From positions 49,073 through 113,072 of IMG/VR virus record IMGVR_UViG_3300032050_000037: a stretch of DNA of 64,000 nucleotides, one strand, 5' to 3'. Within the stretch, counting starts at the first letter, position 1; each line of letters begins with the position of its first letter. This DNA is from a virus. Positions 10,660 to 19,926 of the stretch are shown one piece after another. Position numbers and translations under genes: made by a program. A model generated the notes under the pieces. The model had not been told where the DNA came from. It did no database searches and saw nothing but the letters and a program-made list of their open reading frames with translations.

Positions 10660-10895
10660 GCAAAACTCCTGCAGAGATATATCAAGCAATGAATGCTACT
10701 AATATTTTAGTAGCAATTTTAGATTCACAAAAAAAGATATCTGTTCCGCTAGATGTATTTTTAAATGCCTCTAATGAAGATAAAAATTTAAGTGTTGAAT
10801 ATAACGAGGATATAGCCTCGTTTGTTTTTGAACTAAAGGATAAAATTGAACAACAAAATATTGATAAGAATGTTGAATCAAATACAAATGAATAA
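10656..10895 (+). CDS. hypothetical protein
   Basis: Coupled ORF; resembles 11242-11571. Confidence 0.55.
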   Translation: MSKTPAEIYQAMNATNILVAILDSQKKISVPLDVFLNASNEDKNLSVEYNEDIASFVFELKDKIEQQNIDKNVESNTNE

Positions 10896-11229
10896 TTTAA
10901 TAACTGATTATGGTTTAGATGCCTTATCTGCAATTCTTCATGAAACAGCTATAGAAAAAGGATTTTGGGACGGTGAATATAACTATGACAAAATTGGAAA
11001 CAAGTTGGCATTGGTACATTCTGAAGTAACTGAAGTCTTAGAAGCAATAAGAAAATCAAAAGGTAGTGAGCATATTGTTGAAGAAATGGCCGATATAATT
11101 ATTCGTTTATTAGATATATATGCTGCTATGAGAAATGAAAATGATATTGTTCATAGCTTAGATGAAGTTATGGATAAAAAAATTAATATAAATAAAAGTA
11201 GACCAAGACTTCACGGAAATTTATTTTAA
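10888..11229 (+). CDS. MazG-like NTP pyrophosphohydrolase
   Basis: SEVTEVLEA...EEMADIIIR. Confidence 0.8.
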   Translation: MNNLITDYGLDALSAILHETAIEKGFWDGEYNYDKIGNKLALVHSEVTEVLEAIRKSKGSEHIVEEMADIIIRLLDIYAAMRNENDIVHSLDEVMDKKININKSRPRLHGNLF

Positions 11230-11241
11230 TGGTATAATCGT

Positions 11242-11571
11242 ATGATGAATCAAAAAGACCTTGAAACAATATTTAATAATTTACGAGCAACAACAGCTTT
11301 TGTAGCAATATTAAAACATCAAGGCAAAGTATCGGTACCAGCAGATATTTTTAAAGAATTACTAAATGAACAATCTTGGCCAAATGATTTTATTACTAAA
11401 AATGGAAGTGCTATGTGCGTTACTTACGATAAAGATTTAAATGAATTTGGTTTTGAATTAATGTACGAAGACGACGGATACAGACCAACAAATTCTATAG
11501 GATTTCAATGTACAAGAGGAAATTTAGAAGTAGGATATATAGATTACAATAGCCCATATTATAGAAAGTAG
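11242..11571 (+). CDS. hypothetical protein (paralog-like of 10656-10895)
   Basis: Shared VAIL...KxSVP.D.F...FELx pattern; TGGTATAAT immediately upstream. Confidence 0.55.
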   Translation: MMNQKDLETIFNNLRATTAFVAILKHQGKVSVPADIFKELLNEQSWPNDFITKNGSAMCVTYDKDLNEFGFELMYEDDGYRPTNSIGFQCTRGNLEVGYIDYNSPYYRK

Positions 11572-11576
11572 TTTAA

Positions 11577-12581
11577 ATGACAATTGAAATAAATGAAATA
11601 TTATCTAAACTAGATCCAAAAACTAGAGATAGAGTTCAGTCAGCTCAAAGTGTTCAGGTAAAAAAACAAGTTACTCCAAGTATTGGATTAAATATGGCGT
11701 TGCGTGGAGGACTTCCATATGGTCGTCAAGTTTTAGTATGGGGCAATAAGTCTGCTGGAAAATCTTCTTTTTGTTTACAAATGATAGGCATGGCACAAAA
11801 AGAAGGAAAAGTATGTGCATGGATAGATGCTGAAGCATCTTACGATCCAGCATGGGCAGAACAACTTGGTGTAGATTCAGAAAAATTAATTTATTCGCCA
11901 GCAAAAACAGTTAATGATATGGTAGATGTCGCAACTAAATTAATGGAAGCAGATGTTGATTTAATTGTTGTAGACTCTATCTCTGCATTATTGCCAGCTA
12001 TTTATTTTGAAAAAGATGGAAATGAATTAAAAGATTTACAAGATACAAAACAAATAGGCGCTGAAGCAAAGGATATGACCCACGCAGTCAAAATGTTAAA
12101 CTATGCAAACAAAAATACATTACTTGTTCTTATCTCCCAACAAAGAAACCAATTTGGATCTATGCATGCCAGCCATATACCTACGGGAGGAATGGCAGTC
12201 AAATTCTTTTCCACCACTGTTATTAAGTTATGGTCTTCCGAGGCTGAGGCTAATGCTATCAAGGCTGGCGTTAAAGTTGGCGATAAAATTATTGAGCAAA
12301 GAGTCGGCAGACCAGTTAATTGGATTGTTGATTACAGCAAAGTATCCCCACCAAATTTATCTGGGCAATACGACTTCTATTATCAAGGAGAAACTTTAGG
12401 AGTTGATAAAGTAGGAGAAACTTTAGATGTTGCAGAAATGTGTGGGCTTGTAGAAAAAGGCGGAGCTTGGTATACAGTAGATGGAGAAAGATTACAGGGA
12501 CGAGCTAAAGCAGTACAGTATTTAAAAGATAATCCAGATGTTGCTAACAAATTAATTGAGGAAATAAATGCCAAGTCTTAA
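11577..12581 (+). CDS. recA: RecA-like recombinase
   Basis: GNKSAGKS, WIDAE, IVVDSISAL, TGGMAVKFF, GAWY. Confidence 0.93.
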   Translation: MTIEINEILSKLDPKTRDRVQSAQSVQVKKQVTPSIGLNMALRGGLPYGRQVLVWGNKSAGKSSFCLQMIGMAQKEGKVCAWIDAEASYDPAWAEQLGVDSEKLIYSPAKTVNDMVDVATKLMEADVDLIVVDSISALLPAIYFEKDGNELKDLQDTKQIGAEAKDMTHAVKMLNYANKNTLLVLISQQRNQFGSMHASHIPTGGMAVKFFSTTVIKLWSSEAEANAIKAGVKVGDKIIEQRVGRPVNWIVDYSKVSPPNLSGQYDFYYQGETLGVDKVGETLDVAEMCGLVEKGGAWYTVDGERLQGRAKAVQYLKDNPDVANKLIEEINAKS

Positions 12582-12759
12582 TGAGTTTTTTACAAAACCA
12601 GAAATTTTACATAAAAAAGATTTAGAAAAAATATCTGGAATAAAACCATGTTCTAAATGTGATAAAAATGCTGAAGAAGCTTTTTGGGACCCAGATACAT
12701 TTATTATGTCTTGGAACTGTCCAGATGGCCATGCAAATCAAATAAAGGTTAATGGATAA
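12568..12759 (+). CDS. small Zn-binding protein
   Basis: CSKC...CPDGH. Confidence 0.55.
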   Translation: MPSLNEFFTKPEILHKKDLEKISGIKPCSKCDKNAEEAFWDPDTFIMSWNCPDGHANQIKVNG

Positions 12760-13067
12760 TGTCTGAAAGATCAGAAGCAAAACGAGATGGTGCTAAACAA
12801 CAAAAAAATAGTGGACGTGGAAACTATCAAAAAGGAGATGCCCAATGGCGTAATTTTGTGGTAGACTATAAAGAATATGAAAAAAGCATTTCAATATCTC
12901 AAAGCATTTGGTCCAAGATATGCACAGACACATTCAAAGTAAGTAGAGATAAGCACCCAGTACTAAAAATAATATTGGGTAAGGATAATTCAAAAACTAG
13001 GCTTGCTGTGATAGAATGGTCTTTATTAGAACAAATTTTAGATTGTTGGGAGAAAAATAATGAATAA
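12759..13067 (+). CDS. PD-(D/E)XK Holliday junction resolvase-like nuclease
   Basis: E...NSGRG..KGD...VDYK. Confidence 0.65.
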   Translation: MSERSEAKRDGAKQQKNSGRGNYQKGDAQWRNFVVDYKEYEKSISISQSIWSKICTDTFKVSRDKHPVLKIILGKDNSKTRLAVIEWSLLEQILDCWEKNNE

Positions 13068-14016
13068 AATAAATATAATGCCTCAAGTGACTGTTTATAG
13101 AGATATATTATCTGAGAATGATATTAATCTATTATTAAATCAAATATATGAATCTCAAAAAGATATTGTGGATCTTGAAAAAACAAAACCAGAAGAGTCT
13201 GTATATAGAGACTATCACGGCCCACAGCCAGAATTAAGAAACGATAATAGTTTAATTTATACATGGACTCCTTGGTATACATTCGGATTAAGAAGTATAT
13301 GGTCAGACCCATATGATATGAAAAAAAATAAAAAAGAGCACATTAAGGGTTTTAGTTTAATAAGAAATGCTATAAAAACTGTTCATTTTGATTATTTAAA
13401 TGATTGGAAAGATAATGGAAAATGGACTTATGAAATAACTGATTGGGACATCATGGCCCCAGATAGAGAAGATGCTAGTAATATGAGCTTATCTACATTT
13501 GAAATATTACAACATAAATTAAATTTAGAAGAAGATTATACAATTGCAGTACATACAGATTGGCATAATCATAGAGAAGAAGAGCCTGGACCAAAGCAAA
13601 TAATTACATATACAATTTATTTAAATGACGATTATGAAGGCGGAGAAATTGATTTTGTTGATGAAGAAAATAAAAAAGTTTTTGTATATAAACCTAAAAA
13701 GGGAGACATTACTGTATTCCCATCAGGAAGACCATTTTGGCATGGAGCAAGGTCTGTAAAATCTCAACCTAATAAAATATTTATTAGGTCATTTTCTATA
13801 TTTAGAAGCCCAGGAAGTAAAGATTGGATTTATGGAGTTAGAACAAATGGTCTTGCTAAATGGATAGAAATGCAAAATGAAAAAATTAAAAATGTTGTTG
13901 AAGATGGAGAAGTAGGAAGACAATTAGTTTATAAAGGACAAGAACCAAATAAATTAAAAAGAGTTATTCCGATCTTCGTGGAATCAGAAGAATATATTGA
14001 TGGAAGGAAAATATAA
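13060..14016 (+). CDS. 2OG-Fe(II) oxygenase (prolyl 4-hydroxylase-like)
   Basis: HTD, IYLNDDYEGGEI, HGARSV. Confidence 0.85.
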   Translation: MNKINIMPQVTVYRDILSENDINLLLNQIYESQKDIVDLEKTKPEESVYRDYHGPQPELRNDNSLIYTWTPWYTFGLRSIWSDPYDMKKNKKEHIKGFSLIRNAIKTVHFDYLNDWKDNGKWTYEITDWDIMAPDREDASNMSLSTFEILQHKLNLEEDYTIAVHTDWHNHREEEPGPKQIITYTIYLNDDYEGGEIDFVDEENKKVFVYKPKKGDITVFPSGRPFWHGARSVKSQPNKIFIRSFSIFRSPGSKDWIYGVRTNGLAKWIEMQNEKIKNVVEDGEVGRQLVYKGQEPNKLKRVIPIFVESEEYIDGRKI

Positions 14017-14154
14017 AATGTCTAGCGGAAAATATAAAAGACATGATGGATTTAACAAAATGCAAATAAAAAATGGCAGAATTGTTAGATTAAGAAAAGA
14101 CGGTACTGTTAAAGCTGACATGGGAGCATTTCCTAAAGACAAAAGGATAGTAAA

Positions 14155-14310
14155 ATGAAAGAAGTTTTTCTAACCACATTAACTGGTGCTGGAGTAGGAG
14201 CAGTATTTGCTTTATTTAAACTTCCAGTACCTGCACCGCCAGTATTTGCTGGGGTAATGGGTATAGTAGGATTATGGATAGGATATGGACTGATAGGTAA
14301 AATTTTATAA
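14155..14310 (+). CDS. XapX/DUF1427 small membrane protein (not in ORF track)
   Basis: GAGVGAVFALFKLPVPAPPVFAGVMGIVGLWIGY. Confidence 0.8.
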   Translation: MKEVFLTTLTGAGVGAVFALFKLPVPAPPVFAGVMGIVGLWIGYGLIGKIL

Positions 14311-14648
14311 TGACTGAATCTAAAAATACTCTTGAACTAATTAGTGACATCACAGAATTTAATGATCTTCATGAGTTTATGAAAGATGAACATTTAGATA
14401 AAGCTTTAGCAATTGTGGTAAAATTACTAATGAATCCAGACGTACCGTCTGCAAAAGCTCCACATTTAATAATGGAATTGCAGGCAATGTCAACAAAATT
14501 TGCAGTAATGGCTTCGGTATATTCTACAATTATGAAAGACAAGGCTGGAACAGAAAATAATAATAAAAAGAATGTTTACTATTCAGTAAAGGAGTCCATA
14601 GACAAACTTGTAGATGCCCTCAAGTATGTTGTTAGATATAATGGCTAG
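14310..14648 (+). CDS. hypothetical helical protein
   Basis: Coupled ORF. Confidence 0.6.
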   Translation: MTESKNTLELISDITEFNDLHEFMKDEHLDKALAIVVKLLMNPDVPSAKAPHLIMELQAMSTKFAVMASVYSTIMKDKAGTENNNKKNVYYSVKESIDKLVDALKYVVRYNG

Positions 14649-15444
14649 AGAAATAGTAAATAATTTAAAATTTAAAAAATACAATGGTAAATTTAACATT
14701 GAAGAATTTTCTAAATTATTAGATGATGCATACCTAGCAACAAAAAGGCCAGATGGTTTAATGACTAAAAAATCATTTAGCCCAAGTAGTTTTGGATACG
14801 GCAATGGAAATTGTCCAAGATATTGGTATATGGCATTTTCTGGTGCAACATTTATAGATAATAACGATGCTAAAGCAATTGCAAATATGTCTCATGGAAC
14901 TCAAGCTCATGAAAGATTACAAAAACTAATACAAAATCAATCATCAGATTTGTTTAAAACAAATTCTATGAAAGAAGTTAAAACTGAAGTAGAGATAACA
15001 AATGAATATCCGCCAATTCGTGGATTTATTGATCTTGTAATTAATTGGGATGATGAAGAAGTTATTGGAGAAATAAAGACAGCTAAGCAAGAAGTTTGGG
15101 ATACTAGACAAGCTGAAATGTCTCCTTCATCAAATCATATGCTTCAGCTTTTAACATATATGAAATTACGTAATGCAAAAGAAGCATTTTTTCTATATGA
15201 AAATAAAAATACACAAGAGATATTACTTATCCCAATACAATTAACAGAAAAAAATAAAAAAATTATTGACGATCTTTTTATTTGGTTATGCGAAGTATAT
15301 GATAATTTTAAGGATGGGGGATTGCCAATGAGACCATTCACCAAAACTTCATATTCCTGTAAAGGATGTCCTATTAAAAAAGAATGCTGGTCAGCAGAAA
15401 CTGGAACAGTACAGATAGCAGCATATGAGGCACCAGACTTATGA
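14641..15444 (+). CDS. Cas4-like PD-(D/E)XK exonuclease
   Basis: CPRYW, RGFID, EIKT, QLLTY, CxxCxxxxxC Fe-S ligands. Confidence 0.85.
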   Translation: MAREIVNNLKFKKYNGKFNIEEFSKLLDDAYLATKRPDGLMTKKSFSPSSFGYGNGNCPRYWYMAFSGATFIDNNDAKAIANMSHGTQAHERLQKLIQNQSSDLFKTNSMKEVKTEVEITNEYPPIRGFIDLVINWDDEEVIGEIKTAKQEVWDTRQAEMSPSSNHMLQLLTYMKLRNAKEAFFLYENKNTQEILLIPIQLTEKNKKIIDDLFIWLCEVYDNFKDGGLPMRPFTKTSYSCKGCPIKKECWSAETGTVQIAAYEAPDL

Positions 15445-15719
15445 TATGTTTTAATTCAGAATGCGCTAAAAACTTTAATCCTAAAACTCATAATCAAAAG
15501 TACTGCTCAGACGAATGCTGTCGAATTGCTACAAATCGTAGAATAATGGAAAAATATTATGAAAAAAAGGCTATTAAAAGTGGAGCACACAGAATTTGTA
15601 AAAATTGTAAAACTAAATTAAGTAGATATAATCAATCCAACATTTGTTCTACTTGTGAAAAAAATATTGATTATCAAAGTAAAAAAATTATATGGAGCAT
15701 ATTAGGTGACATTAGCTAA
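15441..15719 (+). CDS. Cys-rich Zn-finger protein
   Basis: C...C, YCSDEC, CxxC, CxxC. Confidence 0.6.
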   Translation: MICFNSECAKNFNPKTHNQKYCSDECCRIATNRRIMEKYYEKKAIKSGAHRICKNCKTKLSRYNQSNICSTCEKNIDYQSKKIIWSILGDIS

Positions 15720-16272
15720 CTTAGTTAAAATAAAAGCTAATAAAGTTTTAGGAATAGATGCCTCCACTAACTCCGTTGCATTTTGCCTTATGGAAAATAA
15801 TAAACCATTAAAGTGGGGTAAAATTGAATTTAAGGGCGCAACTATATATGAAAAAATATATGATGCTAAAATAAAAACTAATTTAATGTTAGAAGAACTA
15901 AAGTCAGATTATATTGCAGTAGAAGGTGCAGTCCTTGTCAGATCAGCAGATGCTGTGATAAAATTATCATATGTCTATGGAGTTGTTATTGCTGAGCTTA
16001 TGTCTACTGGCGCTGAGGTTATTACTATTAGTCCATCCTCGTGGCAGGCATTCATTGGCAACAAAAATCCAACGAAAGATGAAAAGTCTGCAATAAGATT
16101 AAAGAATCCTGGATATGCAGATTCTTGGTATAAAAACCAGTTACGCAACATGCGTAAACAAAGAACGGTAGATTATTTTAATAATAAATATAGTCTATCC
16201 TTAAATGATTTCGACGTAGCAGATGCTTTTGGAATTGCTTATTATTCAAATGAGGTATTAACTAAACGATGA
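15706..16272 (+). CDS. ruvC: RuvC-like Holliday junction resolvase
   Basis: LGIDAS, IAVE, DVADAFGIA. Confidence 0.85.
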   Translation: MTLANLVKIKANKVLGIDASTNSVAFCLMENNKPLKWGKIEFKGATIYEKIYDAKIKTNLMLEELKSDYIAVEGAVLVRSADAVIKLSYVYGVVIAELMSTGAEVITISPSSWQAFIGNKNPTKDEKSAIRLKNPGYADSWYKNQLRNMRKQRTVDYFNNKYSLSLNDFDVADAFGIAYYSNEVLTKR

Positions 16273-16375
16273 AATGTGAACATGTTTATAAGCATATGGG
16301 CTCAGAAATATGTCCAAAGTGCAATATGCCAACTCATGAAATTGATTGGGAAAAACAAAGAGAATTAAATAAAGA

Positions 16376-16573
16376 ATGGCTAAAGAAAAATCCAGACGCT
16401 TGGAAAAATACTGGGTGGTGGTCTATATAAAGTTATATCAAAGTAAAGATTGGCTATATCGTAGATATATAGTTCAAAAGAAAACAGTTACTGAAATTTC
16501 TAAAGAATGTAAAGTTTCTGCTATGACTATACAAAGATACTTAGAGCAATTTGGATTAATTAAAAAGAGATGA
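16376..16573 (+). CDS. small HTH DNA-binding protein (start probably downstream)
   Basis: TVTEISKECKVSAMTIQRYL. Confidence 0.65.
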   Translation: MAKEKSRRLEKYWVVVYIKLYQSKDWLYRRYIVQKKTVTEISKECKVSAMTIQRYLEQFGLIKKR

Positions 16574-17265
16574 ATATAGCCTATAAGCTTTTCCATTTAC
16601 CAAGAGATCATGATAGAAATAAATTAGTTGAAAATGTTCATTCTAATTTGCTTAAAAATATAAAAATTCTAGATACAGATACTATCAAAATTTCATCATA
16701 CGATGAATATGTTAATTTTAAAAATCAAAATTTAGATTTTAATATAGATATTAATGGATACAATTTAGACAACAAGCAGGGCTGGAGATATGGCGAAGTT
16801 GGAATATGGGCAAGCAACTGGCTGGCATGGAAAAACTTTATTGATTCTGATTATGACTATTTAATATTAATGGAAGACGATATTATTTTATATGACAATT
16901 TTTTAATTGAATTAGAAAAATATATGAAACAATTGCCAAAAAGATTTGACGCATTTCATGCATTCTGTCCAGCAGATCAAGATCATAAATATAATACTTC
17001 GCTAGATATATCAGATGAATTATGCTCATCTTATCAAGACTGGTCTGCTGCCTGCTATATAGTAAGCAGAACAGGTGCTCAAAAAATGATACATTTTGCA
17101 AGTAATGGTATAAACTTACCATTAGATTGGTTTATGTTTAGACAAAAACATTTATTAGAAGTGTTTACTTTAAAGCCAGATGCTAAAAGAATTTGCGACA
17201 TATTGTCAATAGAGTCAACATTTCAAACAAAAGAAGATAGGAAAATTTTAAATGGGATACTCTGA
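16570..17265 (+). CDS. glycosyltransferase family 25
   Basis: GEVGIWAS, LMEDD, CYIVSRTGAQK, PLD. Confidence 0.8.
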   Translation: MNIAYKLFHLPRDHDRNKLVENVHSNLLKNIKILDTDTIKISSYDEYVNFKNQNLDFNIDINGYNLDNKQGWRYGEVGIWASNWLAWKNFIDSDYDYLILMEDDIILYDNFLIELEKYMKQLPKRFDAFHAFCPADQDHKYNTSLDISDELCSSYQDWSAACYIVSRTGAQKMIHFASNGINLPLDWFMFRQKHLLEVFTLKPDAKRICDILSIESTFQTKEDRKILNGIL

Positions 17266-17770
17266 TCCAACAAATAAACCTTGGACTAAAGAAAAAATAA
17301 TTGAAATAAATCCAAAAACAGTTCTTGATGTTGGGGCTGGTCAAGGCGTATACCTTGATTTAATTAGAGATGGCCTTGGTTCTGGAGTAATAATAAACGC
17401 AGTAGAGGTGTGGCAGCCATATATAGATCAATTTAATCTAGAAAATAGATATGATAAATTATTTGCTATGGATGTTAAAGATATGAATAATTTTAAATAT
17501 GACCTTGTAATACTTGGAGATGTTTTAGAACATATGTCAGAAGAGTCAGCGGTTGAACTTTGGAATAGAATATCTCAACAGGCAAGAAATGCCATCATAT
17601 CTATTCCTATTATTCATTACCATCAAGATGCAATTAATGGAAATCCATATGAGGTTCATGTGGAAGAAGATTGGAACACCGAAAGGGTTTTAAAAACTTT
17701 TAAAGGAATTGTGGAGCATAAAGAATTTCCAGTGACAGGAGTATTCATAGCGAAATTTGATAATCAATGA
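17252..17770 (+). CDS. class I SAM-dependent methyltransferase
   Basis: VLDVGAGQG, DVLEH. Confidence 0.85.
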   Translation: MGYSDPTNKPWTKEKIIEINPKTVLDVGAGQGVYLDLIRDGLGSGVIINAVEVWQPYIDQFNLENRYDKLFAMDVKDMNNFKYDLVILGDVLEHMSEESAVELWNRISQQARNAIISIPIIHYHQDAINGNPYEVHVEEDWNTERVLKTFKGIVEHKEFPVTGVFIAKFDNQ

Positions 17771-18480
17771 TTCCAAAGATTATCTGGCAAACTTACAAAG
17801 ACCCATTTGATCAATTGCAGCCATATATGCTGGATGCAGTAAATACGTGGAAGACATTAAATCCTGAATATGAATATAGATATATGGATGATAGTCAAGC
17901 TGCACAATTTATTTTAGAAGAATATGGGCAAGAGTGGCATGATTTATTTGTCGGACTTCCAGTAGGAGTAATGCGTGGTGATTTGTGGAGATATATGATC
18001 ATTTATAAATACGGTGGAGTATATACAGATTTAGATACAGAATGTTTGAATCCAATTAATACATGGTTAAATGAAGAATATGAAATGATTGTTTGTCCTG
18101 AAACTGATATTCATTTTTGCCAATGGACATTTGCTGCATCCGCTGGAAATCCTATTTTAAAATCAGTCCTAGATACAATTAAAGAAAAATTAATTAATCC
18201 GACTTATGGATCTCCACATTTTGTTCATACCCACACAGGACCAGATATATGGACTAAAGGTATTCTTAAAGCATTAAATATTCAGGTTAACAATTTAATT
18301 GATGATTACCTATTGTTAAATTCATCAGATAATGCTAAACTATATAAATTCCACTGTTATGGTGGAGAAAATTGGCGGATATTCCATTTTATTGACGTTA
18401 AACATATTTATGGTAGTCAAAAATGGGAAGACGGATACGTTCAATGGATTGAAGATCCACTAGTGAAAGGTACAAGATGA
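17767..18480 (+). CDS. glycosyltransferase family 32 (OCH1-like, DXD)
   Basis: IPKIIWQT, DLWRY..IYKYGGVYTDLD, TGP. Confidence 0.88.
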   Translation: MIPKIIWQTYKDPFDQLQPYMLDAVNTWKTLNPEYEYRYMDDSQAAQFILEEYGQEWHDLFVGLPVGVMRGDLWRYMIIYKYGGVYTDLDTECLNPINTWLNEEYEMIVCPETDIHFCQWTFAASAGNPILKSVLDTIKEKLINPTYGSPHFVHTHTGPDIWTKGILKALNIQVNNLIDDYLLLNSSDNAKLYKFHCYGGENWRIFHFIDVKHIYGSQKWEDGYVQWIEDPLVKGTR

Positions 18481-18806
18481 GCTTAAAGCCAGTATTCGAA
18501 GATATAAAAGAATTTAGATGTGAAGACTTATATCTATTAACAGTAGGTACAGCAGCAGGTCAAGAAATTTGGAATACCTGTCATGAAATTGCTCATATGC
18601 TTATTGAAAAAAATATATCATATGGAAATTCAGCCTTAGATCCTGTTCGTATATTTTCAAAAGCAGGTCCTAGAGAGCAACTGCATGTCCGTATTGATGA
18701 TAAATTAAATAGACTTATGAAGGGCACAGATTATCCTGGAGATAATGATATTGATGATTTAATTGGATATTTAGTATTGCTTAAAATAGCAAAATCTCAA
18801 TCTTAG
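18477..18806 (+). CDS. DUF1599 / nucleotide-modification-associated domain protein
   Basis: KNISYGNS...RIDDKLNR...DLIGY. Confidence 0.7.
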   Translation: MSLKPVFEDIKEFRCEDLYLLTVGTAAGQEIWNTCHEIAHMLIEKNISYGNSALDPVRIFSKAGPREQLHVRIDDKLNRLMKGTDYPGDNDIDDLIGYLVLLKIAKSQS

Positions 18807-18835
18807 TCAACTAAAATATGGTATAATAAATTAAT

Positions 18836-19369
18836 ATGGAAATTGAATTATCTGATCATTTTGATCGTATGAATAAAGTTGTTGCCGAACTTTTAAAGGG
18901 CAATAATCCGACCCAGATTGCCTCTCTGACGGGCTTTAAACGTTCTGATGTAGTAGAACTTATAGATGAGTGGAAAACCGTCGTATACAACGATACAAGC
19001 TCTAAGGAACGGGCTAAAGAGGCTATTTCAGGAGCAGACCAACATTACTCAATGTTAATTAAAGAAGCCTGGAAAACTGTAGAGGACGCAGATCAGGCAG
19101 GTCAATTAAATGTAAAAGCAAACGCTCTTAAATTAATTTCAGATATTGAAACAAAAAGAATTACTATGCTTAAAGAAGTAGGTCTTTTAGATAATGCTGA
19201 ATTAGCATCACAAATTGCTGAAACAGAACATAAGCAAGAAATATTAGTTAAAATATTAAAAGAAGTTACATCTTCTTGTCCTAAATGTAAAATGGATGTT
19301 GCAAAAAGATTATCACAAATAACTGGAATAGTAGAGCCAGTAATAATAGATTCAGGAGAAGCATTATAA
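18836..19369 (+). CDS. HTH/helical protein, probable terminase small subunit
   Basis: N-terminal HTH, upstream of terL. Confidence 0.55.
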   Translation: MEIELSDHFDRMNKVVAELLKGNNPTQIASLTGFKRSDVVELIDEWKTVVYNDTSSKERAKEAISGADQHYSMLIKEAWKTVEDADQAGQLNVKANALKLISDIETKRITMLKEVGLLDNAELASQIAETEHKQEILVKILKEVTSSCPKCKMDVAKRLSQITGIVEPVIIDSGEAL

Positions 19370-19926
19370 TGTTTGAAAATTTTAAAAGAATTGGTGAAGA
19401 AATATATGTTTATGAAAATTTTTTATCCAAAGAAGAGTCAAACAATATAGTTGATATATTAGAAAAAATTAATGAAGAAGAATGGATTAAAGAAAATAAT
19501 TTTTCTAGAACAGAACCATTGTCTGAAATTATTAAATTAAGAAATAGAATTAATACCATGATACCAGAAGGCTTATATCTTGGAAAAGCAAGCACTGCAA
19601 CTAGGTTGGTCAAAGGAAATTTTTGGGGAGAACATTCTGATATACATGATTTTACTGAAGCAGAAAATCTATCTAAGCTATACGTTGAAGGAACTCCATA
19701 TAAAGAGTTAGAATTATCAATTTATGGTTTAGTAGTATATTTAAATAAATTTGAAGGCGGAGAAATATATTATCCGACACAAAATATAATTTATGCTCCA
19801 AATCAAGGAGACATGGTAATACATAGTGCATTACCAATTGCTTTGCATGGTGTAAAGCCAGTAATATCTGAAAAAAGATACTCATATAGTAATCACATAT
19901 ATAAGAAAGTAAAAGTCCCAGCATAA
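19369..19926 (+). CDS. 2OG-Fe(II) oxygenase
   Basis: HSD, YLNKFEGGEIYYP, HGVKPV...RY. Confidence 0.85.
   Translation: MFENFKRIGEEIYVYENFLSKEESNNIVDILEKINEEEWIKENNFSRTEPLSEIIKLRNRINTMIPEGLYLGKASTATRLVKGNFWGEHSDIHDFTEAENLSKLYVEGTPYKELELSIYGLVVYLNKFEGGEIYYPTQNIIYAPNQGDMVIHSALPIALHGVKPVISEKRYSYSNHIYKKVKVPA

Noticed and set aside
14641-15444. Cas4-like gene as evidence of CRISPR-Cas
   Set aside because: No repeat-spacer array or other cas genes; solo Cas4-like nucleases are common in phage recombination modules.
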